From positions 12,722-44,721 of the forward strand of contig NZ_JAQFIQ010000018.1 of NCBI RefSeq assembly GCF_029504745.1: 32,000 bases of DNA, written 5' to 3'. Positions 9,808-18,435 of the stretch are shown one piece after another. Source of the DNA: Breznakia sp. PF5-3. GTDB taxonomy: Bacteria > Bacillota_I > Bacilli_A > Erysipelotrichales > Erysipelotrichaceae. Numbering within the stretch: the first letter of the stretch is position 1; every line of letters starts with the position of its first letter. The position numbers were made by a program, and so were the translations under genes. A model generated the notes under the pieces. That model was not told the DNA's origin. It did no database searches and saw only the letters and a list, made by a program, of their open reading frames with translations.

Positions 9808-10248
9808 TTAATATTTTTCCATTACAATATATTTACTCTGTTTATAACCTAGTTTGGTATAAAAAGACAGTGCTTTCTCATTTCTTGGATTTACCTCTAA
9901 AGTAAACGTATATTCATCTAAATCGTAGTTTTTTTCCAACCACGTAAAAAACTTTCTTCCATATTGTTTACCTCGATGGGCTTTCTTTATATATAATTCA
10001 TCAATCAGTATCGTTATACTTTCATTTCCATTACACCAAAAAAAGCCCAATAGAGCATATCCTATAATTGCTCCTTCTTGTTCCAAAAGTAAGCCTCTTA
10101 CATAAGGTGACTTTTTCATTACCTGTTTAAACGTTGTTATAAATTGTTCTTCATTTCCATCTTCTATGGATGCCTCACTTTCATAAAAAGCTTTTGACAT
10201 CGCAATATATGCTTCTTTATCCTTTACTTCAAAATCACGAACTTTCAT
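9808..10248 (-). CDS. GNAT family N-acetyltransferase
   Basis: 146 aa with an acetyl-CoA-binding-type motif (IKKAHRGKQYGRKFFTWLE). Confidence 0.8.
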   Translation of the reverse strand: MKVRDFEVKDKEAYIAMSKAFYESEASIEDGNEEQFITTFKQVMKKSPYVRGLLLEQEGAIIGYALLGFFWCNGNESITILIDELYIKKAHRGKQYGRKFFTWLEKNYDLDEYTFTLEVNPRNEKALSFYTKLGYKQSKYIVMEKY

Positions 10249-10349
10249 TTTTTTCTCCTTTCAAATTTAATATTTCGTGAGTTTGAAGCTATCCAGGATT
10301 TTGTTGATAATAATCTTTTATTATTTGCTCTTCACCATCATCCACATTT

Positions 10350-11702
10350 TCACTCCTTTATCAGTGTTAAATTCTTTATCCAATGTTCTTTCTTATAAAA
10401 ATAAGTAGATAAAAATACTTTTACTATATTTATGCCTTCTACTAATATAAACATCATAAGTAAATCCATATGCCACACTCTTGATGCCAAGATACTCAAC
10501 AACAACGGTCCAAAGATAATAAATAATCCATCAATAGCTAGTACCGATTTTGTATCTCCTCCTGCTCTTAAAATATAATATGCTGTTTCTGCATATCCTT
10601 GTGTCCACATAATAGCGGCCTTTACAATCAATAATATCATCGCCATATCAGCACTTGTTTCCTTTAGCGAAAACAACTGAGGAATAAATGGTGAACCTAT
10701 CATAATCAAAACACTACCTACCACATAAATGATTAGACCTATTTTAATCATCTTCTTAGAGTCACTTCGCGCCTCATCCAAATGATTTGCACCTAGATCC
10801 TTTCCAATAATAATTCCTGTAGCTGTTGCACATCCAGCAAAAGCAACATGAACAAGCGATGATATATTATCAACAACGGTTAATGATGGTATATAACTTT
10901 CACCAACATAACAATAGTTCATAAAGATAATACTAAGCCCTATTGACCACAGTATTTCATTACATACTAAGGGTATTGTTTGCTTAATGATGATTACTTT
11001 CTCTTTTATATTTAATTTCTTTATCTTGGCAAATAAGTATAAATCTGATTTCTTATTTGATAATAACCATAATAAGAAAAACAGTTCTACATAACGAGAT
11101 AGAGAAGTTGCAATCGCTGCACCTTTAATGCCCATTGCTTCAAATCCAAAATGTCCGAAAATCAATATATAATTTAATACAACATTTACAACAAAAGCAA
11201 TAAACCCACTAACCATTGGAACCTTTGGTTCCCCTTTAATTCGATAAGCAACCGCAATCATCATCACACAAGCAAAGGGTAAGTAAGAATATCTTACCAC
11301 ATATAAATATTCAAGGGCTCCTTCTACTATTTTTGGTGTTTCCAAAAAAATGGTAATTACCGATTCAGGAAAGAGCAATAAATATATGGTTGCTACAATA
11401 CCAACAAGTGTACAACACCATAAACCAAAACGGAATACTGCATTATACGAGTGTTTATTGTTTGCTCCATAATATTGAGAAATATAAATACCAATTCCAT
11501 TTGCCAATCCAAAAATTGCTAGATTAAATACAAAGAAGAATTTGTTAGCAACCGTAATACTGCTAATCGCATCTTCTCCCAGTCCACCAATCATTACCGT
11601 ATCTGCAATGCTTAATAAATTGACGAGTAACTGTTGTATGATTACTGGTAATGCTAATAATAAAACATGTTTGATAAATTTTTTATCTAATTTTGCATTC
11701 AT
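10350..11702 (-). CDS. MATE family efflux transporter
   Basis: About 450 aa with roughly 12 TM segments. The N-terminus (LLLALPVIIQQLLVNLLSIADTVMIGGLGE) is typical of MATE/NorM proteins. I prefer the ATG at 11702 (MNAKLDKK). Confidence 0.85.
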   Translation of the reverse strand: MNAKLDKKFIKHVLLLALPVIIQQLLVNLLSIADTVMIGGLGEDAISSITVANKFFFVFNLAIFGLANGIGIYISQYYGANNKHSYNAVFRFGLWCCTLVGIVATIYLLLFPESVITIFLETPKIVEGALEYLYVVRYSYLPFACVMMIAVAYRIKGEPKVPMVSGFIAFVVNVVLNYILIFGHFGFEAMGIKGAAIATSLSRYVELFFLLWLLSNKKSDLYLFAKIKKLNIKEKVIIIKQTIPLVCNEILWSIGLSIIFMNYCYVGESYIPSLTVVDNISSLVHVAFAGCATATGIIIGKDLGANHLDEARSDSKKMIKIGLIIYVVGSVLIMIGSPFIPQLFSLKETSADMAMILLIVKAAIMWTQGYAETAYYILRAGGDTKSVLAIDGLFIIFGPLLLSILASRVWHMDLLMMFILVEGINIVKVFLSTYFYKKEHWIKNLTLIKE

Positions 11703-11724
11703 TGTCCACCCCACTTCTACAATA

Positions 11725-11752
11725 AAACTGGCATCTTCATACATGCCAGTTT
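11725..11752 (-). terminator. stem-loop (terminator or attenuator) between the aldolase gene and the MATE gene
   Basis: Perfect 10-bp stem aaactggcat/atgccagttt with an 8-nt loop, followed on the minus strand by a short T-rich tail (ttattg). Confidence 0.5.
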
Positions 11753-11756
11753 CTTT

Positions 11757-12395
11757 CTAATTTTCTTCGTTTATAATTTGAATTGCGGCACTGGCACCAA
11801 GTGCCTGGGCACCTGCATCCACCAATTCTTTCGCAAATAAGTAGCTACGAATGCCACCTGCTGCTTTGATTTTGATATTATCATTTAAATATTTTTTCAT
11901 TAGTTCTACATCATGTAGTTTGGCTCCACCAAAACTCTTTCCTGTAGACGTTTTTAAGAAACTTGGATTTGCTTGGTTGGCTAATTCACAAATTTTAACC
12001 TTTGCTTCTTCATCAAGCTTACACATTTCCACAATTGCTTTATCTGTAATTTGATGTTCTTTACAAAATGTTGCAACTGCTTTTAGCTCTTCTAGCAACC
12101 CTTCATAATTTCTTTCTTCCACATTCTTTTGGTTTAATACATAATCAATTTCTTTAAATCCTTTATCTGCGTACATTTGGAATGCTTTTAATTTATCTTC
12201 CAAACATAAGTTACCTTCAGGGAAATCAATTGCACCCGCAACAATAATATCCGTATCCTTTAAATATGCAACTGCTTCATCATATTGATCCAAAGATGCA
12301 AATACACATCTTACATTTAATTTCTTTGCTTTTTGTAAGTACTCAATAAATGTATCATTAGGATCATCAATATAATCTATGTATTTACTTATCAT
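11757..12395 (-). CDS. DeoC-family class I aldolase (deoxyribose-phosphate aldolase-like)
   Basis: 212 aa. FLKTSTGKSFGGA contains the Schiff-base lysine context, and KIKAAGGIRS matches the DeoC phosphate-binding end. Confidence 0.75.
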   Translation of the reverse strand: MISKYIDYIDDPNDTFIEYLQKAKKLNVRCVFASLDQYDEAVAYLKDTDIIVAGAIDFPEGNLCLEDKLKAFQMYADKGFKEIDYVLNQKNVEERNYEGLLEELKAVATFCKEHQITDKAIVEMCKLDEEAKVKICELANQANPSFLKTSTGKSFGGAKLHDVELMKKYLNDNIKIKAAGGIRSYLFAKELVDAGAQALGASAAIQIINEEN

Positions 12396-12403
12396 AAGTG
12401 CAC

Positions 12404-13237
12404 CTATGCACTCATAACGCCAAAGTAAGCTAGTGCAATTCCAACTACAACGGTAATAAGAATTAATTTAACAGGACCTACTTTTTTACCTAATGCCCAA
12501 TAATAAAGCCATGTTACACCTAGCCCTACAATTCCAGGCATAATACCATCAAGCACTTCTTGCAAGCTCGCTACCGAATCTCCTGAACCAATTTTCAAAG
12601 ACACCGTAGCCCAGAACATATCAAACGTCATGGAACCAATTACCATAATCCCTAAGATACCTGCTGCATACATTAACTTATCCATCGTTCCATTTTCTTG
12701 TGCTTTAGTAAGATAATTAAATCCTAAATTATATCCTAATCTAGCTCCAAATACACGTATTAAAAAGGCTGGAACATTGTAGATTAGTACATATAAGATT
12801 GGTCCAAGAATATTTCCTTGTTGCGCTAATGAAAGACCTACACCAAGGGCAATAACACGAATACAACCTAAGAAAATAGAATCACCAATCCCTGATAATG
12901 GACCCATAAGAGCAGCTTTAATACCATTGATTCCATCACCGCTAATATCACCTTTATTTACTTCCTCTTCCATCGAAAGAACGATTCCACCAACAAATGG
13001 TGCTAACTGAGGTGTAATGTTGAAGAATTCCATATGACGTACAAGTGCTTCTTTATACCCTTCTGGATTGTTTGCATAAATCTTCTTTAATGAAGGATCT
13101 AGCATTAATAAGAATGCCATATGCATCTGTCTAGGATAATTCCAAGACCACTCCATTCCTAAACCACCTACATTAAAGCTCATTCTAGTTAATTCTTTTT
13201 TTGTTATTATTCCTGTTTGCTTAGAAGTCATCATCAT
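12404..13237 (-). CDS. PTS mannose/fructose/sorbose family EIID
   Basis: 277-aa membrane protein with the N-terminal amphipathic segment typical of IID (ITKKELTRMSFNVGGLGMEWSWNYPRQMHMAF). Its start overlaps the end of the IIC gene. Confidence 0.9.
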   Translation of the reverse strand: MMMTSKQTGIITKKELTRMSFNVGGLGMEWSWNYPRQMHMAFLLMLDPSLKKIYANNPEGYKEALVRHMEFFNITPQLAPFVGGIVLSMEEEVNKGDISGDGINGIKAALMGPLSGIGDSIFLGCIRVIALGVGLSLAQQGNILGPILYVLIYNVPAFLIRVFGARLGYNLGFNYLTKAQENGTMDKLMYAAGILGIMVIGSMTFDMFWATVSLKIGSGDSVASLQEVLDGIMPGIVGLGVTWLYYWALGKKVGPVKLILITVVVGIALAYFGVMSA

Positions 13238-13997
13238 CTACCTCCTCATTACTTGCTCCTACTATTGCCTCTTTTGCGCCAGATAAGAACCCAAATTTTT
13301 CAGCAACGATAATGATTCCTAAAATTGCAACTCCAAGAACTGGCATTCCCAAATATGCAGTTAAAATAAATCCTAAGAAATAATATGGAACTATTTTCTT
13401 CGTCAAAATCATTCTCATTAACATTGCAAATCCTAATGTAGGTAACATTCCTGCAGCGACTGCCATTCCATCAATGATTACTTGTGGAATAGATCCTAAT
13501 ACTGATTCAACTGCATCTACACCTAGGTAATAAGCAAAGAATACAAGTAAGAATTTTTCAAGTGCACCGATTGCTCCCATAAGCCAGTGTACTTTTTTGA
13601 TTGTTTTCGAATCACCTTTGGTTGCTGCATCATCCGCAAATTTTAAAAATGTCGGTGTTAATGCTGCTATAAAATTACTAATTGATAATGCAATAAGAGC
13701 AATTGGCATTGCAAGGGTAACTGCTGTTTCCAATCCAGCCCCTGTTGTTATAGCAAATGCTGTCCCTAAGATTCCACCAATCAATACATCTGGTGGAATA
13801 TATGCTCCAACTGAGATTGCTCCCATAAATAACAACTCCAAACTAGCCCCCACTGTAATACCAGTTTGAAAATCGCCTAAAATAAGTCCTACAATTGGAC
13901 CAATTGTAATTGGTCTAAATGTATATAATGTCCCTAGTTGATAATCCAATACTCCCCATACTGCAACTAGTCCTAATAAAATTGATTGAACTACCAT
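13221..13997 (-). CDS. PTS mannose/fructose/sorbose family EIIC
   Basis: 258 aa, polytopic, with an acidic tail (EEVDDDDF). Gene order is IIA-IIB-IIC-IID. Confidence 0.9.
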   Translation of the reverse strand: MVVQSILLGLVAVWGVLDYQLGTLYTFRPITIGPIVGLILGDFQTGITVGASLELLFMGAISVGAYIPPDVLIGGILGTAFAITTGAGLETAVTLAMPIALIALSISNFIAALTPTFLKFADDAATKGDSKTIKKVHWLMGAIGALEKFLLVFFAYYLGVDAVESVLGSIPQVIIDGMAVAAGMLPTLGFAMLMRMILTKKIVPYYFLGFILTAYLGMPVLGVAILGIIIVAEKFGFLSGAKEAIVGASNEEVDDDDF

Positions 13998-14008
13998 TGT
14001 TTTCCTCC

Positions 14009-14479
14009 TTATAACACTTTTTCAACAAATATCTTTTTGTCATCAACCAAAGCTCTAATTTCTACTTCTAAACCTTTTTGAACAAATTCTTTTAGAATTT
14101 CTTCTTCTTTTTTGGTAACAAATATCTGTTTACTCAATTGCTTTGTTTCCTCTGATTCTTTTGTATTTCCTAAATTTATTGATTTAATCTGTGGACATCC
14201 ATCAACAAGTTGTTTTGCTTCCTCAATTGTTTGAACGACAATAACCAACTTATATTTATCTGTAACACCACTATTAATTGCATCGATAGAATCTTGCATG
14301 TTTTTTATTACTAATTTACATCCAGAAGGTTTACCAAGTTTTAATGTTGTTTTCCAAACATCATCATTGACAACCATATCACTAGCAACTAAAATACAGT
14401 CCGCTCCAACTCCATTAGTCCATGAAAATGCGACTTGTCCATGTAATAATCTATGATCTATTCTAACTAGTTTTATCAT
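14009..14479 (-). CDS. PTS mannose/sorbose family EIIB
   Basis: MIKLVRIDHRLLHGQV contains the phospho-histidine motif of the family. Confidence 0.9.
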   Translation of the reverse strand: MIKLVRIDHRLLHGQVAFSWTNGVGADCILVASDMVVNDDVWKTTLKLGKPSGCKLVIKNMQDSIDAINSGVTDKYKLVIVVQTIEEAKQLVDGCPQIKSINLGNTKESEETKQLSKQIFVTKKEEEILKEFVQKGLEVEIRALVDDKKIFVEKVL

Positions 14480-14491
14480 AATTTTACCTTC

Positions 14492-14902
14492 CTAAAATTC
14501 ATCTTCTTGAGAAACGTCTTCAATAAGAGGGTTACAAAATTTTGGTGTCGTATCCTCACTATTGACAATATTCTCAATTATTTCCTTTGTATTACCATCA
14601 CCTGCTAAAAAGATTTGCATGAGCAAGGGTAAATTCATTCCTGTTATTAAATAATAATTCTCTCTTCCTAAATGTTTCATCAATTCATTGTTTACACTTC
14701 CACCAAACACATCACTCATCGCTATGATTTCAGCATTCTCAGGAATTTCATTCATAACTTTTTTGATATCTTCTTCAATATCATTCGATTCTACAAATCC
14801 ATTAATGAGATGTACATTCTCTTGCTCTCCTACAATGATTTTAATGCTCTCATAGATACCTTTCGCAAAGGTTCCATGAGATGCGATAATATAATGTTTC
14901 AT
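14492..14902 (-). CDS. PTS mannose/sorbose family EIIA
   Basis: 136 aa. The N-terminal IIASHGTFAKG includes the active-site His context. An ATGA overlap joins it to the upstream gene's stop. Confidence 0.85.
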   Translation of the reverse strand: MKHYIIASHGTFAKGIYESIKIIVGEQENVHLINGFVESNDIEEDIKKVMNEIPENAEIIAMSDVFGGSVNNELMKHLGRENYYLITGMNLPLLMQIFLAGDGNTKEIIENIVNSEDTTPKFCNPLIEDVSQEDEF

Positions 14903-15732
14903 TGTTCATTCTCCTTCATGATTTTATTAAATTGCTGCATTGTTTTTAAATCTGCTTCATATGGTTTCTCATAATATTGTCCATTTACACTTTCCAGCGA
15001 TAATAATCCATCATATCCATATTTCTGTAATTCTTTAATATCTTCACTCATATTTCGCTCACCATCACCCCATGCAAGATGTCCGGTTGGTGCTCCATCA
15101 ACAAAATGAACATGAACAATATCATCTTTGAAGGCTTTGAAATAGTCTTCAATCGTTTCCTTTGCCCCAGCCATGGCTCCAAAATCAATACATACTTTCA
15201 ATTGATTGCTATTTACTGCCTCTTTATAACGTTTTAATCCATCAATCGAGTTTACAATTAATGACTCGTCATGTTGTAATGATTCCATTGCTAAATAAAT
15301 ACGTTTGCTTTGTGCATATTCACAAAGACGTTTCATCATATGTACACTACGATTAAAGGCATCTTCTATATCCTCATTTAGAAATGCCCATCCACTTGTA
15401 ACTAACACCATCTTTGCTTGAATACTTGCAGCTACATCAATAGCATTTGTAAAGTATTTATATACATGTTTTTGTAGCTCTAGATCTTTTGTAGCCATAT
15501 TGTTAGGCTTTGGATTTGTTTGTTCTGGACAAATTACCGCTATTTTTATTTGATACTTTTCTTCTAAATGTTGTAATTTCTTTACACTTTCATATCCTTG
15601 ATAATCCATGAAGAAATGTTGTGGTCCTGTCCATATCTCTGCTGTATCAAACCCTATTGACTTTATATGTTTAAAGAAATCCTCTAGCTCATAAAAGCGA
15701 TAATGTCCATTCATTGCACATAGCTTAATCAT
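14899..15732 (-). CDS. xylose-isomerase-like TIM-barrel sugar (phosphate) isomerase/epimerase, FrlC-like
   Basis: About 277 aa. I prefer the ATG at 15732, which has a GAGGAGGG SD and an 8-nt overlap with the HAD gene's stop, over the start at 15756. Size and fold class match fructoselysine 3-epimerase-type enzymes. Confidence 0.75.
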   Translation of the reverse strand: MIKLCAMNGHYRFYELEDFFKHIKSIGFDTAEIWTGPQHFFMDYQGYESVKKLQHLEEKYQIKIAVICPEQTNPKPNNMATKDLELQKHVYKYFTNAIDVAASIQAKMVLVTSGWAFLNEDIEDAFNRSVHMMKRLCEYAQSKRIYLAMESLQHDESLIVNSIDGLKRYKEAVNSNQLKVCIDFGAMAGAKETIEDYFKAFKDDIVHVHFVDGAPTGHLAWGDGERNMSEDIKELQKYGYDGLLSLESVNGQYYEKPYEADLKTMQQFNKIMKENEQ

Positions 15733-16399
15733 AAAATCCCTCCTCACCTGCTTCAATACGCTTTATTAGCTGATAGACATCAAACAAATCTTTCACATGA
15801 TAGTCAGCTTTTGATTGATCAAAATGAAAGCGATCATCTATTTTTGCTGCTACTTTTATACCTGCATTTCTTGCAGCTGCAATTCCATAACCAGAATCTT
15901 CAATAACGAGTGTCTCACTTGCTTCAAGTGATAATTTCTTTAGCGTATATAAATACACTTCTGGATGTGGCTTGCTTTCTTGAAACATCATTCCACTAAC
16001 TATGACATCAAAGTAATGCTCAATCCCATTTTCTTTACAGACTTTTTCAATGAAATCCAAATGATTTGAAGAGGCGATTGCTATTTTAACCCCTTGTTTT
16101 TTTAAATAACGGATTAAAAACTTTACATAAGGATTTAAAATATCTGTGCAATCAACCTCTTCAACATTTGAAGTTTTGCAATAATAATCATACATCTCAT
16201 CATATGTATAATCACACTCTAACCACCCAGCCATTAATTCCCAAGTTCTTTGATGACTAGATCCAATAACTTCTGATACAACTTCTGGTGGTTGTGGTTT
16301 ACCATGCTTTTCCAAAAATGTCATCATTTCATACATATAATATGGTTCTGAATCAATCAATACACCATCCATATCAAAAATTACGGCTTTAATCTTCAT
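15725..16399 (-). CDS. HAD-IA family hydrolase/phosphatase (beta-phosphoglucomutase-like)
   Basis: MKIKAVIFDMDGVLIDSEP (DxDG motif I), IASSN (motif II), and a late E-D-S-x-x-G motif. Confidence 0.85.
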   Translation of the reverse strand: MKIKAVIFDMDGVLIDSEPYYMYEMMTFLEKHGKPQPPEVVSEVIGSSHQRTWELMAGWLECDYTYDEMYDYYCKTSNVEEVDCTDILNPYVKFLIRYLKKQGVKIAIASSNHLDFIEKVCKENGIEHYFDVIVSGMMFQESKPHPEVYLYTLKKLSLEASETLVIEDSGYGIAAARNAGIKVAAKIDDRFHFDQSKADYHVKDLFDVYQLIKRIEAGEEGFYD

Positions 16400-16401
16400 G
16401 A

Positions 16402-17433
16402 TTAATATTCAAATTGACGATAGTAACGTCTGTAATTTAAGTTATGCTTTGTATATGTCTCATAGTGAGCAGCCAGTCTCTCTGTCAATAGACTTGTTGC
16501 AATTAATGGTGATACAAGTCCTCTAAACTTATCATCAACACCATCCAATGCATATTCTGCTGTATCAAATACAACTAACTTGTCAGTAATCTTCTTACAG
16601 AATGTTTCTACACGTGTATCTAAGGCACGACATTCATCTTCACCTTTCACTAAGAATACTGGTACATCTTTATCAACTAGTTCAAGTGTTCCATGGAAGA
16701 ATTCTGGTGATGTAACAGATTTTGTACGTACCCATTGCATTTCTTCAAGAATACACATAGAGAATAAATATGTTTCTCCCCACAATGCACCAGATCCTAC
16801 CCAGATATTATATGGTTCATTGTAGTATTTCTTTGCAATTTCTTCTGCTTTTGGATCAAATTGTTCACGAATATCAACTAAGTTTTTAAAGATTCCTTTC
16901 ATTTGATCTGCAAACAATTCATAGTCAGGGAAATCACCACGGTTATATAATAATCTTAATGCTAATAAGTTAAATAATAAATAACTATATTCACACATTC
17001 CGGTTGTAACATTTGCTTCAATTACCGTTTGTGCAACTTTTCCAAGTGGTCCACTAGATTTTGTGAAAGCCATGACTTGGATTCCTTCTGCAACAATCCA
17101 TTTTGCTGCTTCTACAATTTCCTTTGTATCTCCAGATGCACTTGCTGTAATCACAATTGAATCCTTAGTTAGTTTACGGTGTTTTAATACATTTAACTCT
17201 GCTGCGTTTACCAAATAAACTTCTACATCAGAATATTTTTCAATCGCATATTTAATTGGGGCAAACTCTGCCCAAGTTCCTCCAATTCCAAGTAAGAAAA
17301 TGTTTGAATATCCATCTTTTGAAATCTTATCTGCTACTTTTTCAACCTCTGCACGTTGTGCATAGATTGCATCCCCTTCTTTTAAATACTTTTCTGTATC
17401 AAACTTTGGTAGTGTTACCATCTCTTTTTCCAT
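16402..17433 (-). CDS. tandem-SIS-domain protein, FrlB-like fructosamine-6-phosphate deglycase
   Basis: SIS motifs LLGIGGTWAE and ITASASGDTKE. CILEEMQW, EFFHG and the C-terminal RRYYRQFEY resemble FrlB as I remember it. I prefer the ATG at 17433, preceded by GGAGGAG and 6 nt. Confidence 0.75.
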   Translation of the reverse strand: MEKEMVTLPKFDTEKYLKEGDAIYAQRAEVEKVADKISKDGYSNIFLLGIGGTWAEFAPIKYAIEKYSDVEVYLVNAAELNVLKHRKLTKDSIVITASASGDTKEIVEAAKWIVAEGIQVMAFTKSSGPLGKVAQTVIEANVTTGMCEYSYLLFNLLALRLLYNRGDFPDYELFADQMKGIFKNLVDIREQFDPKAEEIAKKYYNEPYNIWVGSGALWGETYLFSMCILEEMQWVRTKSVTSPEFFHGTLELVDKDVPVFLVKGEDECRALDTRVETFCKKITDKLVVFDTAEYALDGVDDKFRGLVSPLIATSLLTERLAAHYETYTKHNLNYRRYYRQFEY

Positions 17434-17535
17434 TTCGTTCTCCTCCATAATAAAATATATCGTTTCACTTAATCATAAAGACAGAATTGAACCTGGCGCC
17501 TTTGTGGTTCCTTTTGTATTCCACTTTACGATTTC

Positions 17536-17564
17536 AATATACCAGTATGAGCGATAAATTGCAA
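17536..17564 (-). promoter_or_regulatory. candidate sigma-A promoter of the SIS-PTS operon
   Basis: On the minus strand: TTGCAA (17564..17559), 17 nt, then TATATT (17541..17536). A cre-like TTGAAATCGTAAAGT follows at 17537..17523, with one mismatch to WTGNAANCGNWNNCW. Confidence 0.45.
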
Positions 17565-17593
17565 GCGGTTTCATGATTTTTTTAAAAGATTAT

Positions 17594-17624
17594 AAAAAAA
17601 CGAATCTGACAAATCATCAGATTC
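17594..17624 (-). terminator. rho-independent terminator upstream of the operon promoter (insulator)
   Basis: 8-bp stem gaatctga/tcagattc (17602-17609 and 17617-17624) followed on the minus strand by a U-run (plus-strand A-run 17594-17600). Confidence 0.6.
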
Positions 17625-17741
17625 TCCTTTATTTATAGTGTTTTATTCATTTTTTCATAGCATCATATTTTTTCTATAATTTTCTCTCATTTCCCATTTT
17701 TTATGAATTTTATATAATATTTTCCATTTTTGGCTACTTAT

Positions 17742-18089
17742 CTATTCCAATTTTGATTTTTCATATACCAAAATAAAAAATCCACCCCTATAAGGGGATG
17801 AATATTGGCAACTCCCATATGGGAGCTTTTTGAATATTCGCAATTGTGATACACTGATTTTAGACGGTATGATAACCAACATATGGGTATAACCCACGCA
17901 TGCATTCGCCTCAATAATCTCTACGTCTTTGTATTCATAAAGACGTCTGAGGATAACGCCAATGTCCCTCCTCAATTCACCATAGATTACTTTTCTGCGG
18001 TATTTTAGAATAAACACAATATGATACTGACAGTTTCATTTTGTGTGGAACAATTGGCTTTCATCGATACCTTTTTTCTTTTTAAACAT
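17742..18089 (-). pseudogene. IS200/IS605-family Y1 transposase (tnpA) pseudogene
   Basis: ATG at 18089 with an AGGAGG SD. Translation: MFKKKKGIDESQLFHTK*NCQYHIVFILKYRRKVIYGELRRDIGVILRRLYEYKDVEIIEANACVGYTHMLVIIPSKISVSQL. The TGA at 18038..18036 replaces the conserved Trp of the HT(R/K)W-NCKYHIVF motif. The first His of the HUH motif is lost (YTH in place of HxH). Similarity ends after SVSQL, so the catalytic-Tyr region is absent. Confidence 0.8.
17775..17801 (-). terminator. terminator-like hairpin at the truncated end of the IS200 remnant
   Basis: cccc/gggg core stem (17785-17788 and 17794-17797) with flanking pairs and a U-run on the minus strand (plus-strand A-run 17775-17780). A second palindrome, ctcccatatgggag, lies at 17812-17825. 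Confidence 0.45.
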
Positions 18090-18147
18090 AAATTACCTCC
18101 TATTGCTATATGGCGAGTATTCATCCATATTGTATAGGAGGTAATTT
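18090..18147 (-). promoter_or_regulatory. SD-sequestering stem-loop in the tnpA 5' leader
   Basis: Perfect 14-nt inverted repeat, aaattacctcctat (18090-18103) and ataggaggtaattt (18134-18147), with a 30-nt loop. In the minus-strand RNA the AGGAGG SD would be base-paired, as described for IS200. Confidence 0.6.
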
Positions 18148-18205
18148 TATGTTTTCACTGAACGCGTTCGCTTTTTACATTTCTCACCTGCTTAGCAGGT
18201 AGTTT
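18126..18205 (-). repeat. IS200 left-end repeat, copy 1 (about 80 bp)
   Basis: Aligns with 19592-19670 with about 5 differences in 80 positions (4 substitutions and 1 indel). Confidence 0.85.
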
Positions 18206-18435
18206 TGGTTCCCACTAAATTGGTGTCAAATCTAAAACCCTTTAAAATAAGGGGCAACTAATTCCTACTCGACATAATGCTATAAATCATATATTTTCTA
18301 GTATAGTATATCATTATTTGTCTGCATTTTTGATTCCAAATATCCATATTATTTATTGTATTCAAAATTTTCAATGTCACTGTATTGTCAAATATCTATA
18401 CCTAATAAGCATTTAAGGGGATAATAATAGAATTG

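Larger units (their letters stand above)
17742..18205 (-). mobile_element. decayed IS200-type insertion sequence remnant (left end retained, right part deleted)
   Basis: Contains the tnpA pseudogene, an SD-occluding stem and a subterminal hairpin acctgc-tta-gcaggt (18186-18200). The left boundary is inferred from where similarity to the second copy at 19592-19670 stops. Confidence 0.65.

Noticed and set aside
17555-17580. A possible sigma-54 (-24/-12) promoter, as expected for LevR-controlled mannose-family PTS operons, because TTGCA occurs at 17564..17560.
   Set aside because: The required TGGCAC element is absent at the -24 position, where the sequence reads catgaa. No LevR-like activator is encoded here. 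The TTGCA fits better as a sigma-A -35 element.
17582-17630. An 11-codon mini-ORF (MICQIRFFIIF) with a perfect AAAGGAG SD that overlaps the 17594-17624 terminator hairpin, which might have been a leader-peptide attenuator for the PTS operon.
   Set aside because: I found no credible promoter upstream of it, and the best operon promoter lies downstream of this terminator. The SD-like string is explained as sequence flanking the stem. It would be worth revisiting only if transcript mapping shows a start upstream of 17630.
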